Below are positions 60,957 through 64,000 of a stretch of 64,000 nt of DNA, in pieces. The notes under the pieces were generated by a model that did no database searches, had not been told where the DNA came from, and saw only the letters and a program-made list of their open reading frames with translations. The DNA comes from an uncultured Verrucomicrobiae bacterium (GTDB taxonomy: Bacteria > Verrucomicrobiota > Verrucomicrobiia > Limisphaerales > Palsa-1400). Both the position numbers and the translations under genes were made by a program. Location of the stretch: positions 96,001 to 160,000 of the forward strand of contig CAVPOM010000018.1 of NCBI GenBank assembly GCA_963707025.1, read 5' to 3'. Each line of letters begins with the position of its first letter. Within the stretch, counting starts at the first letter, position 1.

Positions 60957-63311
60957 ATGAATGAAGCTGGAACGGACAAAAACATGCCAAAGCAATGCCC
61001 CCAATGCGGCGCGGCGCTGCCGGGCGGCGGGTTGGAGGGGCTTTGCCCCGCCTGCCTGCTCAAACAGGGGGTGGAAACGGGGCCGCCGCCGGGGCTGGTG
61101 CCATTCCAGCCGCCCAGCCTGGAGGAGGTGGCGCGCTTGTTTCCACAATTGCAAATCCTGGCTTTCATTGGCAAGGGCGGCATGGGGGCGGTTTACCAGG
61201 CCCGCCAGCCCGCGCTGGACCGGCTGGTCGCGCTGAAAATCCTTCCGCCGCAGGCGGCGGGCGGGCCGGGCTTTGCCGAGCGATTCAATCGCGAGGCCCG
61301 CGCCCTGGCCCGGCTCAACCATCCCAACATCGTGGCCGTCCACGAATTCGGGCAGGCGGGCGGCTCGCCGTTTTTCCTCATGGAATTTGTGGACGGGCTG
61401 ACCCTGCGCCAGTTGGAACAGGCCGGACGCCTTTCGCCGGCCGAGGCGCTGCGCATCGTGCCGCAGATTTGCCAGGCGCTCCAATTCGCGCACGACGAGG
61501 GGATCGTCCACCGCGACATCAAGCCGGAGAATATATTGATTGACAAGAAGGGGCGGGTGAAGATTGCCGATTTCGGCATCGCCAAAATCATCGGCGGCGA
61601 GGAGGCCGGAACGGGCATGACCGGCACCCGTCAGGCCATCGGCACGCCCCATTACATGGCGCCGGAGCAGGTGGAGCAGCCGCAGACCGTGGACCACCGG
61701 GCGGACATTTTTTCTTTGGGCGTGGTGTTTTACGAAATGCTGACCGGCCAGTTGCCGCTGGGAAAATTCGCCCCGCCCTCCAGAAAGGTGGAGATTGACG
61801 CGCGGCTGGACGAGGTGGTTTTGCGCGCCCTGGAGCGGGAGCCGGAGCTGCGTTATCAGCAGGCCGGCGACGTCAAAACCGAGATTGACACGATCTCGTC
61901 AACACCGCCGGGGAGGCCGCCGGAAAAGGCGGCGGCGCGCGCGCCGGGTCGGGGCGATGGCAATTCTCGCAAGGCGGTTTTTGGATGGATGGCGTTGGGG
62001 TTTTTGATCCTGGGAGTGTTGGGACTTCCTTTGTTAATTGCGATTCGGGCTGATGAGAACGCGGTGGGAGCTTTCACGGGATTGAGCCTGCTACTGGCCC
62101 TGATTTTTGGCATGATGAGCCGGCGCGAACAGGTTGGACAGGCCTCCACCATGGTGAGAACGCAGTTCCGACGCACGGTCACCATTGTAATCGTGGGACT
62201 ACTGGTTCTGGCCGCTGCATTAATGGTGATTGCCAGATTGCGGTATGCAGCCGTGGTCCGAAGGGAGGCGCAGGCAGCGGAAGCAATGCAGCGCCAGGCG
62301 GTGGCCCGAATGAAGGAACGCCAGAAGTCCCTGCACGTAAGGGATGAATACAATAAAGTCCTCCAGCAATTGGCGCTCCATCAAACCCTCGAGGCCAAGC
62401 TCGAGTCCGCGTACTCGACGAACAGCCCCATGGTCAAAACCAACCTAATGGAGATTGAAGCCCTCCGGGCCGAAAAGAAGCGGCTGGAGCAAGCAAATCC
62501 CGGCCTTGCCAACCCGACCGCAGCGTCCGACCTCCCGCCAATCAATCCCACCGCAGAAGGCGGGGTCGGACACGCCAAACCAACGGAAGCCACTGCTATC
62601 AGAGGCTCCATCGGAAGGTATCAAGATGGCGTCGGTGCAGTGGAGTCGTCCAATTCAGTCGTCTTCGCCATTCCCGCGCCCGCAGCCGAGGAAATCATCA
62701 AAAAACTTGGCGCGGGCAATGCGTTGCCCGTCGAGGCCTTCGTTCAGGACACCAACAAACTGGGCCACGGCATTTTGCTGGCGGTTGACCGTCAGGTTGA
62801 TCCCGCCACTGGCACTGTCAAATGCAAGGCAAGTCTTCAACCCGAGCCAGACCGGGTGGTTTTCATCAACCAGTTCGTGTCCGTTCGGCTGCTTCTGGAG
62901 ATGAAACACGATGTCGTCATCGTGCCGGCCACGGCCCTGATTCACGATCTTTCAGACCGCGTTTTGGTCATCAATCCGGATCGTTCATTTACTCGAAGGG
63001 AAGTCGTTGTCGGAATAATGGACGGCACCAATGCGGAGATCCAAAGCGGTTTGCAACCGGGTGAGACCGTCGTTGGCGACAACGCGCAGAAGTTCGAGGT
63101 AACCCGGGCCACCAACCCGGGCCCGCCAGTCAGTTTTACCGTCATTCCACTCACAAACGGCGGGCTGTCTTATCAGTGGCAGTTGGATGGAACCAATCTC
63201 GGTTACCAGTGGTTTGATAATGCAACAAATATCACGGTCAGGACCAATCAGGACGGAACTCTTCTCTTGATAAACTCCGGGTCCAATTCCACCGTCAAGA
63301 CCAACCAATGA
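60957..63311 (+). CDS. Membrane Ser/Thr protein kinase with mosaic extracytoplasmic region
   Basis: CPQC..CPAC knuckle; GKGGMGAVY, VALK, HRDIKPEN, DFG, YMAPE; 3 TM; MdtA-like and Ig-like pieces. Confidence 0.93.
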   Translation: MNEAGTDKNMPKQCPQCGAALPGGGLEGLCPACLLKQGVETGPPPGLVPFQPPSLEEVARLFPQLQILAFIGKGGMGAVYQARQPALDRLVALKILPPQAAGGPGFAERFNREARALARLNHPNIVAVHEFGQAGGSPFFLMEFVDGLTLRQLEQAGRLSPAEALRIVPQICQALQFAHDEGIVHRDIKPENILIDKKGRVKIADFGIAKIIGGEEAGTGMTGTRQAIGTPHYMAPEQVEQPQTVDHRADIFSLGVVFYEMLTGQLPLGKFAPPSRKVEIDARLDEVVLRALEREPELRYQQAGDVKTEIDTISSTPPGRPPEKAAARAPGRGDGNSRKAVFGWMALGFLILGVLGLPLLIAIRADENAVGAFTGLSLLLALIFGMMSRREQVGQASTMVRTQFRRTVTIVIVGLLVLAAALMVIARLRYAAVVRREAQAAEAMQRQAVARMKERQKSLHVRDEYNKVLQQLALHQTLEAKLESAYSTNSPMVKTNLMEIEALRAEKKRLEQANPGLANPTAASDLPPINPTAEGGVGHAKPTEATAIRGSIGRYQDGVGAVESSNSVVFAIPAPAAEEIIKKLGAGNALPVEAFVQDTNKLGHGILLAVDRQVDPATGTVKCKASLQPEPDRVVFINQFVSVRLLLEMKHDVVIVPATALIHDLSDRVLVINPDRSFTRREVVVGIMDGTNAEIQSGLQPGETVVGDNAQKFEVTRATNPGPPVSFTVIPLTNGGLSYQWQLDGTNLGYQWFDNATNITVRTNQDGTLLLINSGSNSTVKTNQ

Positions 63312-63317
63312 TTTCAA

Positions 63318-64000
63318 TTGACGCCCGACGATTCAACCCACGCCACCGGCCCGCCGCGCGATTATTTTGCCACGACGCGCTGGACGGTCGTGCTCGCCGC
63401 CGGAAGCCGCGGCACGCCCAAGGCCGATGTGGCGCTGGAGGAATTGTGCCGCACTTATTGGTATCCACTTTACGCCTGCGTGCGGCGCCATGGGCATTCG
63501 CGCGAGGATGCCGAAGACCTGACGCAATCGTTTTTCGCGCGCTTTCTGCAAAAGAATTACCTCGAAAAACTCCGCAGCGAGCACGGCAAGTTTCGCGCCT
63601 TTCTGCTCGCGGCGCTCAAACATTTTCTGGCCAATGAATGGGACCGCGCCCGCCGGAAGAAACGCGGCGGCGGCGTCCCGCTCCTTTCCCTCGACTGGCA
63701 GGATGCCGACAGCCGTTATCAAATTGATCCCGCCGACCAGCTCAGCCCCGACAAAATTTACGACCGCGCCTGGGCGGTGACTCTGCTGGAACGGGTCATC
63801 GGCCGGTTGCGCGCGGAGAACGCCGCCGAGGGCAAGGCCTTGCTCTTCGAGCAGTTGCGGCCATTTTTAATGTTGGGCCGGAGCGACATTCCCCATGCCC
63901 AGGCCGCCGCCGGGCTGGCCATGACGGAAGGAGCGGTGCGGGTGGCGGTCCACCGGCTGCGCCGCCGTTACCGGGAACTGTTGCGCGAGGAAATCGGCCA
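63318..64000 (+). CDS. STK-associated ECF sigma factor (runs off the window end)
   Basis: Frame absent from the ORF track: FATTRWTVVLAAG, LCRTYWYPLY, AEDLTQSFF, GAVRVAVHRLRRRY. Confidence 0.88.
   Translation, partial: MTPDDSTHATGPPRDYFATTRWTVVLAAGSRGTPKADVALEELCRTYWYPLYACVRRHGHSREDAEDLTQSFFARFLQKNYLEKLRSEHGKFRAFLLAALKHFLANEWDRARRKKRGGGVPLLSLDWQDADSRYQIDPADQLSPDKIYDRAWAVTLLERVIGRLRAENAAEGKALLFEQLRPFLMLGRSDIPHAQAAAGLAMTEGAVRVAVHRLRRRYRELLREEIG

Noticed and set aside
63308..63637. 109-aa ORF from the track
   Set aside because: Wrong frame; the ECF sigma factor is encoded in the overlapping frame from 63318

Overview
High-GC bacterial chromosome segment, most likely Verrucomicrobiota (Pedosphaera/Limisphaera-like). 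The taxon is inferred from gene families such as STK-linked and C-terminally extended ECF sigma factors, the DUF3106 anti-sigma operon and GH57-DUF4912. From left to right: a PQQ-type beta-propeller; a pseudokinase/kinase/NarL-type trio with three copies of a candidate operator; tRNA-Ile2; an 11.3-kb nitrogen/K+ sensing block (APC-USP permease, two P-II, KdpD, AmtB, antiporter, KdpE, two sigma-54 promoters) bracketed by direct repeats that are integrase remnants; a decayed TA/defence patch including an AbiGi-family gene split by an IS3 element and coupled to a UDG-like gene; a MacAB-TolC-type efflux operon; housekeeping genes (hemW, rph, transketolase, BioF-like, LeuC-like); tRNA-His and tRNA-Arg; FecR plus CHASE2 adenylate cyclase; and a mosaic Ser/Thr kinase with an ECF sigma. 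The main finding is one 118-aa domain ending in RLNRLLLEDAYP, inserted in-frame in two unrelated proteins (AbiGi and the CHASE2 cyclase). By hand the copies align without gaps at 39/118 identity, making it a candidate mobile protein domain I cannot assign to a known family. Several single-base frameshifts may be assembly errors. All annotations come from motif recognition; no searches were run.
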